DNA of 64,000 nt. Origin: a virus. The stretch's first letter is position 1. The number at the start of each line of letters is the position of its first letter. Of this stretch, positions 50,119 to 57,998 are shown in pieces. The stretch lies in the IMG/VR virus record IMGVR_UViG_3300048904_000261. The stretch is one strand, 5' to 3'. Position numbers and translations under genes: made by a program. The notes under the pieces were generated by a model. The model searched no databases. It was not told the origin of the DNA and was given only the letters and a program-made list of their open reading frames with translations.

Positions 50119-50448
50119 ATGAACCTGAGAATCGTCGAGGACGGGGAAGGTCCAACCAAAACCTTCCTCGTCATCGACCCAAGTGAAGGCGTCCCATTAG
50201 TTCTGGATGCCTACGAAACCGAGGCTGAAGCGCGGAGCTTCATCCAATTCATCGGGCAGAGCGACATCGCCATCCCTGTGCCCGCTGTTACCAAGAACCT
50301 GATCGAAACCCAAGGCGAAACCTGTGCGGTGTGCGGAGCCCCGCTCTACCGTGAAACCCCGGGCCAGTGCGCCCCGTGCAAGCAATACTTCCCCGCTTGC
50401 CCCGATCCTAACAACAACGGGGAGGAACCAGACAGCGAGTGGATATGA
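50119..50448 (+). CDS. Hypothetical protein with C-terminal Cys cluster
   Basis: 109-aa ORF. CAVCGAPLYRETPGQCAPCKQYFPAC. Confidence 0.55.
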   Translation: MNLRIVEDGEGPTKTFLVIDPSEGVPLVLDAYETEAEARSFIQFIGQSDIAIPVPAVTKNLIETQGETCAVCGAPLYRETPGQCAPCKQYFPACPDPNNNGEEPDSEWI

Positions 50449-50723
50449 AACCAAGGACCAGAACCTACGAGGCAATCGGTGATGCCGACCGGTACGTCCG
50501 GCGCGTCATCTGCACCGAAACCTACCGTGATAGCCAGCATTGGTGGGTGGTCATCATCCCCGAGGGATACGGCTCCGACCCGCAGCCGATTGTCTTCGCA
50601 AAGAAAACTGAAAGCGGGTGGAGCGTCGAACAAGAGGAAGGCTACGGACATTTCCGTCCGGAGTACGCCTTCGCCATCGCCCGACTGCTCACCGGCAACA
50701 CTGCTTATTCTGAGACACAATGA
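50445..50723 (+). CDS. Hypothetical protein
   Basis: ATG 50445 overlaps the upstream stop (ATGA). 92 aa. The ORF track lists a GTG at 50439. Confidence 0.55.
   Translation: MKPRTRTYEAIGDADRYVRRVICTETYRDSQHWWVVIIPEGYGSDPQPIVFAKKTESGWSVEQEEGYGHFRPEYAFAIARLLTGNTAYSETQ
50707..50721. repeat. Junction-motif copy 9
   Basis: ATTCTGAGACACAAT plus G. Its ATG is the start at 50720. Confidence 0.9.
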
Positions 50724-50983
50724 GCAAAACCAACAGGACAGATAGGACTGGAGAAACCGAGCATCAGAACTATCACCAATCGACGGTGAAGGTCATCCAC
50801 TACTACCGGCGCGAGTGCTACGGCACTCAGTTGGAGATTGTCGTCGATGAAGGCGACCGCAAGGTGCTGGCCCAACTTACAGGCCGGACCAAAACCATCA
50901 ACGGGACCATCCGGGAATTGCTGCGCGACCTGAGCGGGGGACGCATCCAGTTCCAGGAAGTGCTCGCACCCAAACAACCCTGA
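50720..50983 (+). CDS. Hypothetical protein
   Basis: 87-aa ORF. Its start is the motif ATG (50707-50721 plus G). Confidence 0.55.
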   Translation: MSKTNRTDRTGETEHQNYHQSTVKVIHYYRRECYGTQLEIVVDEGDRKVLAQLTGRTKTINGTIRELLRDLSGGRIQFQEVLAPKQP

Positions 50984-50997
50984 TTCTGTGACACAAT
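50983..50997. repeat. Junction-motif copy 10
   Basis: ATTCTGTGACACAAT plus G. Its first base is the last base of the upstream TGA. Its ATG is the start at 50996. Confidence 0.9.
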
Positions 50998-51145
50998 GAA
51001 ACTCGTAGAGATCATCACTAACATCCTCACGTTCATCGCCGGCGCCGCCTTAATGGTGCTGGTGTGGGCGGTACAACTGTTCCTGTTCGGAGCAACCATC
51101 ATGCTGGCCCTGTGGGTATTCTTCAAAATCATCAGCTTATTCTGA
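50996..51145 (+). CDS. Small two-helix membrane protein (below ORF-track cutoff)
   Basis: 49 codons from the motif ATG: MKLVEIITNILTFIAGAALMVLVWAVQLFLFGATIMLALWVFFKIISLF. Stop TGA lies inside the next motif. Confidence 0.5.
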   Translation: MKLVEIITNILTFIAGAALMVLVWAVQLFLFGATIMLALWVFFKIISLF

Positions 51146-51153
51146 GACACAAT
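51139..51153. repeat. Junction-motif copy 11
   Basis: ATTCTGAGACACAAT plus G. Contains the upstream TGA (51143-51145) and the start at 51152. Confidence 0.9.
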
Positions 51154-51856
51154 GAAAACCGTAGCATCAATACTCAAGGCCAGTGAGCTGGCCTACACAC
51201 TCAGCGACGATTGGAACTGGCAACGGCGTGGCGAACGCCCGCTTGATCTCCACATCCAGGCATACCAAACCTACGGTGATGGGACGGTCCAACACAGCGG
51301 CGCCTGGGCTCCGCAATTCCACGACATCATCGACGTGTGCCTCTCGTTCACCGCTGCCATCCTCGCCGACCCGTTCGCCGAAGAGTGGAAGCTGTTGACC
51401 CGATCACTGTGCCGGACGCAGCCGTGCTTCCTCCGCTTCGCCCTGTCGGTGAAGTATAAGGAGGGAGTCAGTCAGTATTACAACATCACCGACATGAAGT
51501 TGGGTAAGTCGGAGAAGCTACGCCATGACAAGCGCTGGGAAGAAGTCTGGTCCGCGTGCAATGGGACGCCGGCCAGTGCGCTGACGATTCTCTATCACCG
51601 GAAGGAATCAATGGACTGGTTCGAGCGCGTGGATCTGGCGATGCGGCTCACGGCATTGGCGCAGGCCGATGGCTGGGGCTACCAACCCATCGAGGAAGTG
51701 TTCGCTCCGCTCGCCGATCTGGAACGGCTTGGCGATTGGCGCCAGGCATTCGAGGGGTACCGCCGTGCCGTCGAAGCAGCCGAGTCACTGGACCTGGCGC
51801 GCCGGCTCAGCGCCAACGCGCTGGAGAACACCAACAGAAGCAAGGCCGCGGCCTGA
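51152..51856 (+). CDS. Hypothetical protein
   Basis: 234-aa ORF. Its start is the motif ATG (51139-51153 plus G). Confidence 0.6.
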   Translation: MKTVASILKASELAYTLSDDWNWQRRGERPLDLHIQAYQTYGDGTVQHSGAWAPQFHDIIDVCLSFTAAILADPFAEEWKLLTRSLCRTQPCFLRFALSVKYKEGVSQYYNITDMKLGKSEKLRHDKRWEEVWSACNGTPASALTILYHRKESMDWFERVDLAMRLTALAQADGWGYQPIEEVFAPLADLERLGDWRQAFEGYRRAVEAAESLDLARRLSANALENTNRSKAAA

Positions 51857-51870
51857 TTGTGAGACACAAT
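51856..51870. repeat. Junction-motif copy 12
   Basis: ATTGTGAGACACAAT plus G. Abuts the upstream TGA. Start at 51869. Confidence 0.9.
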
Positions 51871-52210
51871 GAGTAACATCACACCCGGAGAATGGATCGC
51901 ACTCAACGGCGGTCCCTACATCGTAGCCCAAGGTGAGGACGGCGGCTATCGAGTCGTCGCCATCACCGCCAACACGTTCAACGAAGTCACCTTCGCCGCT
52001 GGCGTAGGCACCATCGAAGACAAGGCCAATGCCAAAGTGCTGGCCGCATCCCCGGCTCTGTTCACCGCCTGCAAAGACGCGCTCGAATGGATATGGGGCG
52101 AGATCGGTAACGACCAGGAGAGCCTTGCCAATCACGGCAAAGAGGGACACGACTCCGACACTTGCATCGTTTGCACACTGCGCGATGCACTCAAGAAAGC
52201 GACACCATGA
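51869..52210 (+). CDS. Hypothetical protein (paralog family with 54816..55103)
   Basis: 113-aa ORF. Its start is a motif ATG. TPGEW...ANAKVLAASPALFTACKDAL parallels TPKPW...DDAMLISAAPELLAACKAVV. Confidence 0.6.
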   Translation: MSNITPGEWIALNGGPYIVAQGEDGGYRVVAITANTFNEVTFAAGVGTIEDKANAKVLAASPALFTACKDALEWIWGEIGNDQESLANHGKEGHDSDTCIVCTLRDALKKATP

Positions 52211-52407
52211 AACTCGAAGAAGCAAAAGAGGAAGCCAAGTCCGCAGCTATCAAATCCAAAATGCCCATCGCCCTCGTCAACGAGGGACTTCACGCCGACG
52301 AATTCGCCGAGCGTGAAGAGGACGGCACTAGCTACGGTTACTGCCCCGAGCTGGCCGTGCCGATCCTGTATCGGTACGGCACCGTCGTTGAAATCATCAA
52401 CCCATGA
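52207..52407 (+). CDS. Hypothetical small protein
   Basis: Internal ATG of ORF 52162..52407 with an ATGA overlap. 66 aa. Confidence 0.5.
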   Translation: MKLEEAKEEAKSAAIKSKMPIALVNEGLHADEFAEREEDGTSYGYCPELAVPILYRYGTVVEIINP

Positions 52408-52598
52408 AGCGCTACCTGCTGTTCGCCGGGATGACCTACTATCCGCTGCCAGGGTGGGAAGGTTTCATCGGCAGCTTCGACACCGCCGATGAGGCACAGG
52501 CCGAAGGTGAGAGGAGACAAAACCAATCCGCGTTCACCGACTGGTGGCAGGTCGTTGACTCAACCACCGGACAGATCGTTGTCCAATGCGAATCGTGA
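52404..52598 (+). CDS. Hypothetical small protein
   Basis: 64-aa ORF with an ATGA overlap. Confidence 0.55.
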   Translation: MKRYLLFAGMTYYPLPGWEGFIGSFDTADEAQAEGERRQNQSAFTDWWQVVDSTTGQIVVQCES

Positions 52599-52795
52599 AG
52601 ACATCAACCATCATCACCGTCGAGTTTCTCCCGATGTTCAAACGCATCTGGATTACTCGCCGGCTGAAGAACGGGATCAACTTGTCCCGTCAATACCCGC
52701 TGCACAGCAGAAGCCTGACCCGCATCTTCAAGGTGGCAGGGCACTGGCGTTGGGTGCAACCGCACGTATCAACACCGAGATTGGAGAGACCATGA
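52586..52795 (+). CDS. Hypothetical basic small protein (weak)
   Basis: 69-aa ORF. Its stop overlaps the next ATG (ATGA). Confidence 0.35.
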   Translation: MRIVKTSTIITVEFLPMFKRIWITRRLKNGINLSRQYPLHSRSLTRIFKVAGHWRWVQPHVSTPRLERP

Positions 52796-52965
52796 GACTA
52801 CACCCACAACTCAAACCCATCATCGATGCCATCACGAAGGACAACCCTTCGCTGCGCCTCGTAACGAAACCCGACCCGACTCATCCCTTGCTGGAATCAG
52901 GCGGGAACGGAAAGCCAATAGCTATGCTGAAGGGAGTTTCAAAATTTCGGAAAGGCGGAACATGA
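52792..52965 (+). CDS. Hypothetical small protein
   Basis: Internal ATG of ORF 52489..52965, preceded by GGAGAG. 57 aa ending KFRKGGT. Confidence 0.5.
   Translation: MRLHPQLKPIIDAITKDNPSLRLVTKPDPTHPLLESGGNGKPIAMLKGVSKFRKGGT
52940..52958 (+). repeat. 19-bp direct repeat, left copy
   Basis: CAAAATTTCGGAAAGGCGG. Identical copy at 53158-53176. Confidence 0.9.
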
Positions 52966-53186
52966 AAATGTTGGTTATGAGAAACTCTATAGGAGGGATG
53001 ATCTGGCAAGCCTATAGAGTAGAAAATGCGGAAGAGGAAACAATACTAATTAGGAACGCTAACCAAAATGGCTTCCTAGTTGAAACTCAACCAGAAGGCT
53101 ACACCACGGAAACAACACCAGGTTGGAGAGACACTCCAGAATGGAAAGTATGCCTAGCAAAATTTCGGAAAGGCGGGAAGTCTTAA
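52962..53186 (+). CDS. Hypothetical small protein in an AT-rich insert
   Basis: 74-aa ORF. Clearly lower GC than its surroundings. Flanked by a 19-bp direct repeat. Ends KFRKGGKS. Confidence 0.5.
   Translation: MKMLVMRNSIGGMIWQAYRVENAEEETILIRNANQNGFLVETQPEGYTTETTPGWRDTPEWKVCLAKFRKGGKS
53158..53176 (+). repeat. 19-bp direct repeat, right copy
   Basis: CAAAATTTCGGAAAGGCGG. The two copies bracket the AT-rich ORF 52962..53186. Confidence 0.9.
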
Positions 53187-53187
53187 T

Positions 53188-53325
53188 ATGAACAGGTATG
53201 TAACATTAAGACAGGTAGTAATAGCCTATACGGTCTTAATGACCTTCATACAGTGCCAAGATTGCCAAACTGCTGACCCGACTGCGCAACGGCTGCAACT
53301 GGTCAGTCCCGTGGTAATTCTGTAA
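53188..53325 (+). CDS. Possible small protein (below ORF-track cutoff)
   Basis: 45 codons: MNRYVTLRQVVIAYTVLMTFIQCQDCQTADPTAQRLQLVSPVVIL. Stop TAA lies inside junction motif 53317-53331. Confidence 0.35.
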   Translation: MNRYVTLRQVVIAYTVLMTFIQCQDCQTADPTAQRLQLVSPVVIL

Positions 53326-53331
53326 CACAAT
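53317..53331. repeat. Junction-motif copy 13
   Basis: ATTCTGTAACACAAT plus G. Start at 53330. Confidence 0.9.
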
Positions 53332-53659
53332 GAGAGTCCGAGTTCACTTCAACTTACATCGGCGTGACTTCAGCGTCATCGATCCTTCGACCGGCCGAGT
53401 CATCCGCAACACCGACACCATCACCCTTCGAGACGTGGAGTTCCGCGTCTCGGAGAAGGGACGGCAGCGTGTCATCCGTACCAGGTGCCGGATGGTCCAT
53501 GCCTATGCGATCGGCACCATCACCGAGCACCAACCACTGAAGACAGCCTGCACCTACAACCCATATCGCGCTGGACATTTCCACCGTCGAGGCTATCCCG
53601 ACCAGCCAGTCTGGACGGCCGACGTGGTTACGTTCAGCGGCGGTTACTGCTGGATATGA
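53330..53659 (+). CDS. Hypothetical protein
   Basis: 109-aa ORF. Its start is a motif ATG. Confidence 0.6.
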   Translation: MRVRVHFNLHRRDFSVIDPSTGRVIRNTDTITLRDVEFRVSEKGRQRVIRTRCRMVHAYAIGTITEHQPLKTACTYNPYRAGHFHRRGYPDQPVWTADVVTFSGGYCWI

Positions 53660-53660
53660 A

Positions 53661-53987
53661 ATGAAACTGGAAATGAAATCCAAATGCGACAACTGCGACT
53701 GGGTCGGCGAGCCGGAGGACAAGGAGATCCCCGGCCTGCATGAGCGGGTTGATCCCGGTGGCACCATGCCATCGGGTGAATGCCCTGAATGCGGATGCCT
53801 GTGCTACCCGGACGTGGACACACGATACCTGCTGACACCAACCGACAAAGTTTGGTGCCCGAAGTGTGAGCGGAAAGTATCCATGCTCGCCACTCAGGAA
53901 CTGGACGGCCCTGCATTCTACATCTGCTTTTCGTGCCGTCACGTTGCGCAGATCGGAGTGGGGCCAGTCAATACTGTAACAGAATGA
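53661..53987 (+). CDS. Multi-CxxC zinc-ribbon protein
   Basis: 108 aa. CDNC, CPECGC, CPKC and CFSC pairs. Confidence 0.55.
   Translation: MKLEMKSKCDNCDWVGEPEDKEIPGLHERVDPGGTMPSGECPECGCLCYPDVDTRYLLTPTDKVWCPKCERKVSMLATQELDGPAFYICFSCRHVAQIGVGPVNTVTE
53971..53985. repeat. Junction-motif copy 14 (variant)
   Basis: ATACTGTAACAGAAT plus G. Start at 53984. Confidence 0.8.
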
Positions 53988-54604
53988 GCCTACCATCCAC
54001 GTTCAGACCGAAGACATCGGCTGACTTCATCGGCCCGGCTGGCAAGTGGGCGGCGCACCTCGAGAAGCTGGTGCGCCTGGCCCTGCCTACCGGGGATCCA
54101 CTCCGCATCATGCTGCTCGGTGCCTCCGGCGTCGGCAAGAGCCAGCTCGCCGAACACCTGGTCCGCACGACCGGCGCCGGCAAGTTCAGCATCAGCCGGT
54201 ATAACGGCAAACGCTTCCGCATCGAGGACGTTGCCGACATCAGCAGCCGGTTCCAACTGCGCGATATGTTCGGCGGGTTCCGCGTTCTCCAACTGGAGGA
54301 AGTCGATCAGGTACCGCCGGGCACACAGATCGCCCTGCTCACCATGCTGGATGATCTGCCACCGTTCACGGCCTGCATTGCCACGAGTAATTGCAGCGTC
54401 AAACAATTCGAGGTCCGGTTTCAACGGCGGTTCACCGTCTGCGAGATCGATCCTCCCACCGAGAAGGATATTCTGGCCATGCTCCAGTTGCGCTGGCCAG
54501 TGATCCCGAAGAAACGCGCCGTCGAGATCGCAACTTTCTGTTGCGGCTCGGTCGGCCAGGCATTAACCGATGCGGACAATGCTTACGCGGAGTTCGCAGC
54601 ATGA
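53984..54604 (+). CDS. AAA+ ATPase, clamp-loader (RFC/DnaX small subunit)-like
   Basis: Internal ATG of ORF 53933..54604 at motif 53971-53985. Walker A LLGASGVGKS, Walker B VLQLEEVD and sensor-1-like CIATSN. Confidence 0.55.
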   Translation: MSLPSTFRPKTSADFIGPAGKWAAHLEKLVRLALPTGDPLRIMLLGASGVGKSQLAEHLVRTTGAGKFSISRYNGKRFRIEDVADISSRFQLRDMFGGFRVLQLEEVDQVPPGTQIALLTMLDDLPPFTACIATSNCSVKQFEVRFQRRFTVCEIDPPTEKDILAMLQLRWPVIPKKRAVEIATFCCGSVGQALTDADNAYAEFAA

Positions 54605-54819
54605 AGATCATCCGAAGCCGGGTCATCCGGTTCAACGTGGTCCACGACAACGGGCATCACGACACCATTGACTTCATCCCTTACGACAACGTGCCGGGAT
54701 GGACGCACCGCATTGCCTATAACGGCAGGCTCACGGCGCACTGGGTCTGCGACAAATTCAAACCGAGCGTCGAGGTAGCACAATTCTTCCTCGACAAAAT
54801 TCTGGCCACAAAACCATGA
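54601..54819 (+). CDS. Hypothetical small protein
   Basis: Internal ATG of ORF 54391..54819 with an ATGA overlap. 72 aa. Confidence 0.5.
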   Translation: MKIIRSRVIRFNVVHDNGHHDTIDFIPYDNVPGWTHRIAYNGRLTAHWVCDKFKPSVEVAQFFLDKILATKP

Positions 54820-55103
54820 GCAAACACACACCAAAACCGTGGAGCTACGCTTGCGATAGCGGCCACTCAACGCCGTGTCTTCGCGGGGTTCAACACTCCA
54901 AGAAGGCAGTGGTCTATTCCGAAGACCGGACGATTGCCAGTCACATTGCAAACTGGGATGACGCCATGCTGATCTCGGCCGCGCCTGAGTTGTTGGCCGC
55001 GTGCAAAGCCGTGGTCGGCTTGATCGAAGCGATGCACGAAGTTCCACCAACGCGCGCAAATATGCTCCGCGCTGCCATCCGCAAGTCCGAAGGGCACCAA
55101 TGA
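54816..55103 (+). CDS. Hypothetical protein (paralog family with 51869..52210)
   Basis: 95-aa ORF with an ATGA overlap. Confidence 0.55.
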   Translation: MSKHTPKPWSYACDSGHSTPCLRGVQHSKKAVVYSEDRTIASHIANWDDAMLISAAPELLAACKAVVGLIEAMHEVPPTRANMLRAAIRKSEGHQ

Positions 55104-55189
55104 ACTACATCATCGCCATCCTGCTGGCTGCCATCGGCACCACCATCTGGCTATACCTATACCGCCGGTTCATCGAGCCGCGCGGTTGA
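55100..55189 (+). CDS. Possible 29-aa single-pass membrane peptide
   Basis: ATG 55100 overlaps the upstream stop. MNYIIAILLAAIGTTIWLYLYRRFIEPRG. The last base of its TGA stop (55187-55189) is the first base of junction motif 55189-55203. Confidence 0.4.
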   Translation: MNYIIAILLAAIGTTIWLYLYRRFIEPRG

Positions 55190-55203
55190 TTCTGTGACAC
55201 AAT
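55189..55203. repeat. Junction-motif copy 15
   Basis: ATTCTGTGACACAAT followed by C. Abuts the upstream TGA. 56 nt before the 55259 start. Confidence 0.85.
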
Positions 55204-55258
55204 CACCCACGCTTAACCACGTTCAACCATACACAACCACAGGTACCCATAGATACCC

Positions 55259-56155
55259 ATGAGTAACAACGGACAAGCACAGACACAGGCGCTCCTGGTC
55301 TCCCTCTCCTTCACCCTCTGCCGTCAAAGCAGGGAGTCCAAGAAGGAAGCGAAGCGGAGCGAGGACGCCAACAATGCGCACCGCGGGGTGTGCAAGACAT
55401 CGGTCTTCTACTTCAAGGAGATCGTCGGCAAGCAAACCAATGACGCGCTCTTCGACCTGCGCCAATACACCAACGCCTGGAGGAGCGAGCACAACAGGCT
55501 GACCAGGCCGTGGGATGGCAACAACGTCCGGCTCCTGCCGGCGGCACTCGTCGCCCAGTACATCGACGCCAAGTCCAAGTTCGAGGAAGGGTTCCCCGCC
55601 GTCCTGCAGGGGTTCCTCGAAGTTTACCAGGACTGGTTCGTCACGGCCCCTCACCGGATGGGCGAGCTGTATGACGTCGCCGACTTCCCGTCCTTCGACG
55701 AGGCGCGCACCGCCATCGGCTTCGATGTCCACATGCTGCCGCTCCCTGAAGCGGAGCAATGGAAGAAAATCTCCATCATCAGCCCCGACCTGGCGCAGAC
55801 GATGGAGGCAAGCACCAACGCACGCATCGCCAAGGCAGTCGAGGCGGCGCGCAAACAGACATGGGTTGACCTGATCGAACCGGTCCAGCACATCGTCACC
55901 ACGCTGAGCAAGGACAAGGGCAAGATCTTCGACAGCCTGATCGGCAACCTCGTCAACATCCTGGACCTGGCGCCGGCATTCAACCTGAGCGGGGACCAGC
56001 AGATGAGTCAGTTCATCACCGAAGCGAAGGCGAGCCTGGCCGTCATCAACCCGGACGATTTGCGGAACGACCCGGAGATCCGCAAGACCACATGCAAGAA
56101 GGCCGAGGCCATCCTCGCCAAGTTCGGTCAACTCGGTAACAGGAAGTTCGCATGA
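55259..56155 (+). CDS. Hypothetical protein (resembles DUF3150-type phage/plasmid proteins, weak)
   Basis: 298-aa ORF with a CA-rich 56-nt leader that lacks a Shine-Dalgarno site. Confidence 0.5.
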   Translation: MSNNGQAQTQALLVSLSFTLCRQSRESKKEAKRSEDANNAHRGVCKTSVFYFKEIVGKQTNDALFDLRQYTNAWRSEHNRLTRPWDGNNVRLLPAALVAQYIDAKSKFEEGFPAVLQGFLEVYQDWFVTAPHRMGELYDVADFPSFDEARTAIGFDVHMLPLPEAEQWKKISIISPDLAQTMEASTNARIAKAVEAARKQTWVDLIEPVQHIVTTLSKDKGKIFDSLIGNLVNILDLAPAFNLSGDQQMSQFITEAKASLAVINPDDLRNDPEIRKTTCKKAEAILAKFGQLGNRKFA

Positions 56156-56445
56156 GAAAAGAAGAGAGAGCCGACGCACTGCGCGAGAAGTTTCGAGAGA
56201 AGCTTCTGGCCCACGTTCAACAAGACGACGCCCACCGCCTATTGGCCATTGCCACCATCGAAGCGCAACGGAAGGAAGCGGACTCCAGAGAGAAACTGGT
56301 GGCCTCCGCCAGAGACGTCGCTGAACTATGCCGGTTGGTTCACGGCGATCGGTATTTGTGCGACACCAAATACCAACTGCCTGATGGTCGCATCGCGGAG
56401 ATCACCGACCGGGGAATCTTCGTCCTCAACGTCAACAAAATCTAA
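56152..56445 (+). CDS. Hypothetical protein
   Basis: 97-aa ORF with an ATGA overlap. Confidence 0.55.
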   Translation: MRKEERADALREKFREKLLAHVQQDDAHRLLAIATIEAQRKEADSREKLVASARDVAELCRLVHGDRYLCDTKYQLPDGRIAEITDRGIFVLNVNKI

Positions 56446-56449
56446 TGAC

Positions 56450-56704
56450 ATGGACACCAAACCAAGCACCGACGCTGAGCGTTGCCAACTGGCGCGCGAG
56501 GTGTTCAATACATGCTTCAATAACACGGAGGCTTTCAGAGAGAATCATTTCGGATCGGACCTTTCCTATCTGATTGGCGCCATAGTGGATGACGTCAATT
56601 CCTTTGTGGATTGGACCGAGTGCCAAACCATTCTTGCGAAGTTCCGCGAATGGTTCCCACCGGAACATAAGGTGTGGCTCTACATCGTCGAAGGGGAATA
56701 CTGA
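56450..56704 (+). CDS. Hypothetical protein
   Basis: Internal ATG of ORF 56249..56704. 84 aa. Confidence 0.5.
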   Translation: MDTKPSTDAERCQLAREVFNTCFNNTEAFRENHFGSDLSYLIGAIVDDVNSFVDWTECQTILAKFREWFPPEHKVWLYIVEGEY

Positions 56705-56905
56705 ATGGACACCTGGTTAGTCATTCACCATCAGCACGGCGGCGCCTTTGCCGCTGCGCTGGTGGAATCCGATCACGAACCCAAGGATGATGAAGTCATC
56801 CGCGCCCTGGACCTGGAGCACGCTCCCGGCCAGGGCGAATCCATCACCGTCCAACTGGTGGACAAGGCCGACGTGCCGGTCCTGCCAGCAACGCAACCGA
56901 AGTAG
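56705..56905 (+). CDS. Hypothetical acidic small protein
   Basis: 66-aa ORF starting immediately after the upstream stop. Confidence 0.5.
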   Translation: MDTWLVIHHQHGGAFAAALVESDHEPKDDEVIRALDLEHAPGQGESITVQLVDKADVPVLPATQPK

Positions 56906-56908
56906 GGC

Positions 56909-56945
56909 TTGACAGTGTATGGCGGTTAGCATACAAACGCCATAC
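56909..56945 (+). promoter_or_regulatory. Promoter with overlapping inverted-repeat operator ahead of the RHH gene
   Basis: TTGACA (56909-56914), a 17-nt spacer and TACAAA (56932-56937). The inverted repeat GTATGGCG (56917-56924) / CGCCATAC (56938-56945) flanks the -10 and ends at the ATG. Confidence 0.45.
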
Positions 56946-57092
56946 ATGAAAACGCCAAGCACAATCCGCTTCTCTTACGGTGCCAAGAAAATCCTTGCCC
57001 GGTTGACGCGCAAGTTAGGCGTCAGCCAGTCGGCAATCATCGAGATGGCTATTCGCCAGTTCGACGAAACAAGTAGAGCAAAATCCAAATGA
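56946..57092 (+). CDS. Ribbon-helix-helix (Arc/MetJ/CopG-type) regulator (below ORF-track cutoff)
   Basis: 48 codons: MKTPSTIRFSYGAKKILARLTRKLGVSQSAIIEMAIRQFDETSRAKSK. Preceded by TTGACA-17-TACAAA, which overlaps an 8-bp inverted repeat. Its stop overlaps the next ATG. Confidence 0.6.
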   Translation: MKTPSTIRFSYGAKKILARLTRKLGVSQSAIIEMAIRQFDETSRAKSK

Positions 57093-57559
57093 GTCATGTC
57101 GTCACATCGGAAATCAAGATCAAGGATCTTGAAGCGCTCCGTAAAGCAGTCGAGTCATTCGGCTGTGTCATGGTGCGGAAACCCAAATACAACTGGTTCG
57201 GTCGCAGCGTCGGGGATTACCCGCTGCCCAAAGGAATGACCGAAGCACAACTCGGGAAGTGCGAGTGGGCAATCCAAGTGCCCGGTGCCTACTACGAAGT
57301 CGGAGTCGTCCGCCTGCCGGACGGCAGCTACACGCTGGCCTTCGACTTCTATGGATCGTCCACTCGGGATTACGTCCCCGGCGCGTCCATGCAGCACGAC
57401 GGCCAGAAGTTGAAGACTAAGTTCGGGGATAAGCTGTGTCTGCTGGCGCAGCAATACAGCAAGCAGGTCACCCTCGCCGCTGCAAAGAAGGCCGGCTACT
57501 CCGTGATGCAGAAGGTCACGCCGGAAGGAAAGATAAAACTCCAGCTCATCCAGTTATGA
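57089..57559 (+). CDS. DUF1257 (Ycf35-like)-type protein
   Basis: 156 aa. The N-terminal pattern VVTSEIKIKDLEALRKAVESFG and the adjacency to a DUF2997-like gene resemble the DUF1257/DUF2997 pairing known from bacterial genomes. Confidence 0.45.
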   Translation: MSHVVTSEIKIKDLEALRKAVESFGCVMVRKPKYNWFGRSVGDYPLPKGMTEAQLGKCEWAIQVPGAYYEVGVVRLPDGSYTLAFDFYGSSTRDYVPGASMQHDGQKLKTKFGDKLCLLAQQYSKQVTLAAAKKAGYSVMQKVTPEGKIKLQLIQL

Positions 57560-57807
57560 GCAGCGAGGCAGCGAAGAAAGCCTGGGCCACGCGCCGGGCC
57601 AGGACGAAGAAGCGCACGCCGGTCCAGCGTCTTACCACGCTGGCCAATGAGCTGGTCCGCTGGCGCCGGAAGGAAACGATCGCCCGAAACAAACTCAAGA
57701 AGCTGAACTTCCAGTTGGAACAGCTCGTCGAGGAAGTTCTCATTCCTCCGCTGGTACCAGACGGCACGTTCAGCACCATGTTCAAAGGAAGGAAGATCAC
57801 CAAATGA
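57556..57807 (+). CDS. Hypothetical basic helical protein
   Basis: Internal ATG of ORF 57436..57807 with an ATGA overlap (CAGTTATGA). 83 aa. Confidence 0.5.
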   Translation: MSSEAAKKAWATRRARTKKRTPVQRLTTLANELVRWRRKETIARNKLKKLNFQLEQLVEEVLIPPLVPDGTFSTMFKGRKITK

Positions 57808-57998
57808 AGAAGGGAATCATTCACGTCACAATCAATCCGGACGGCACCGTCGAGGTTGCTCCGGTAGGATTCAAGGGCCGTCAGTGCAAGGACAAGACCA
57901 AGTTCCTTGAGCAAGCGCTCGGGCTGGATGGCAGCAACTCGAAGAACACGTCCGAGTATTACGAAAGCGAGCAGGTGAAGATCGGACAACGGACATGA
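57804..57998 (+). CDS. DUF2997-type small protein
   Basis: 64 aa. MKKGIIHVTINPDGTVEVAPVGFKGRQCKDKTKFLEQALG matches the pattern I associate with DUF2997. Confidence 0.5.
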   Translation: MKKGIIHVTINPDGTVEVAPVGFKGRQCKDKTKFLEQALGLDGSNSKNTSEYYESEQVKIGQRT

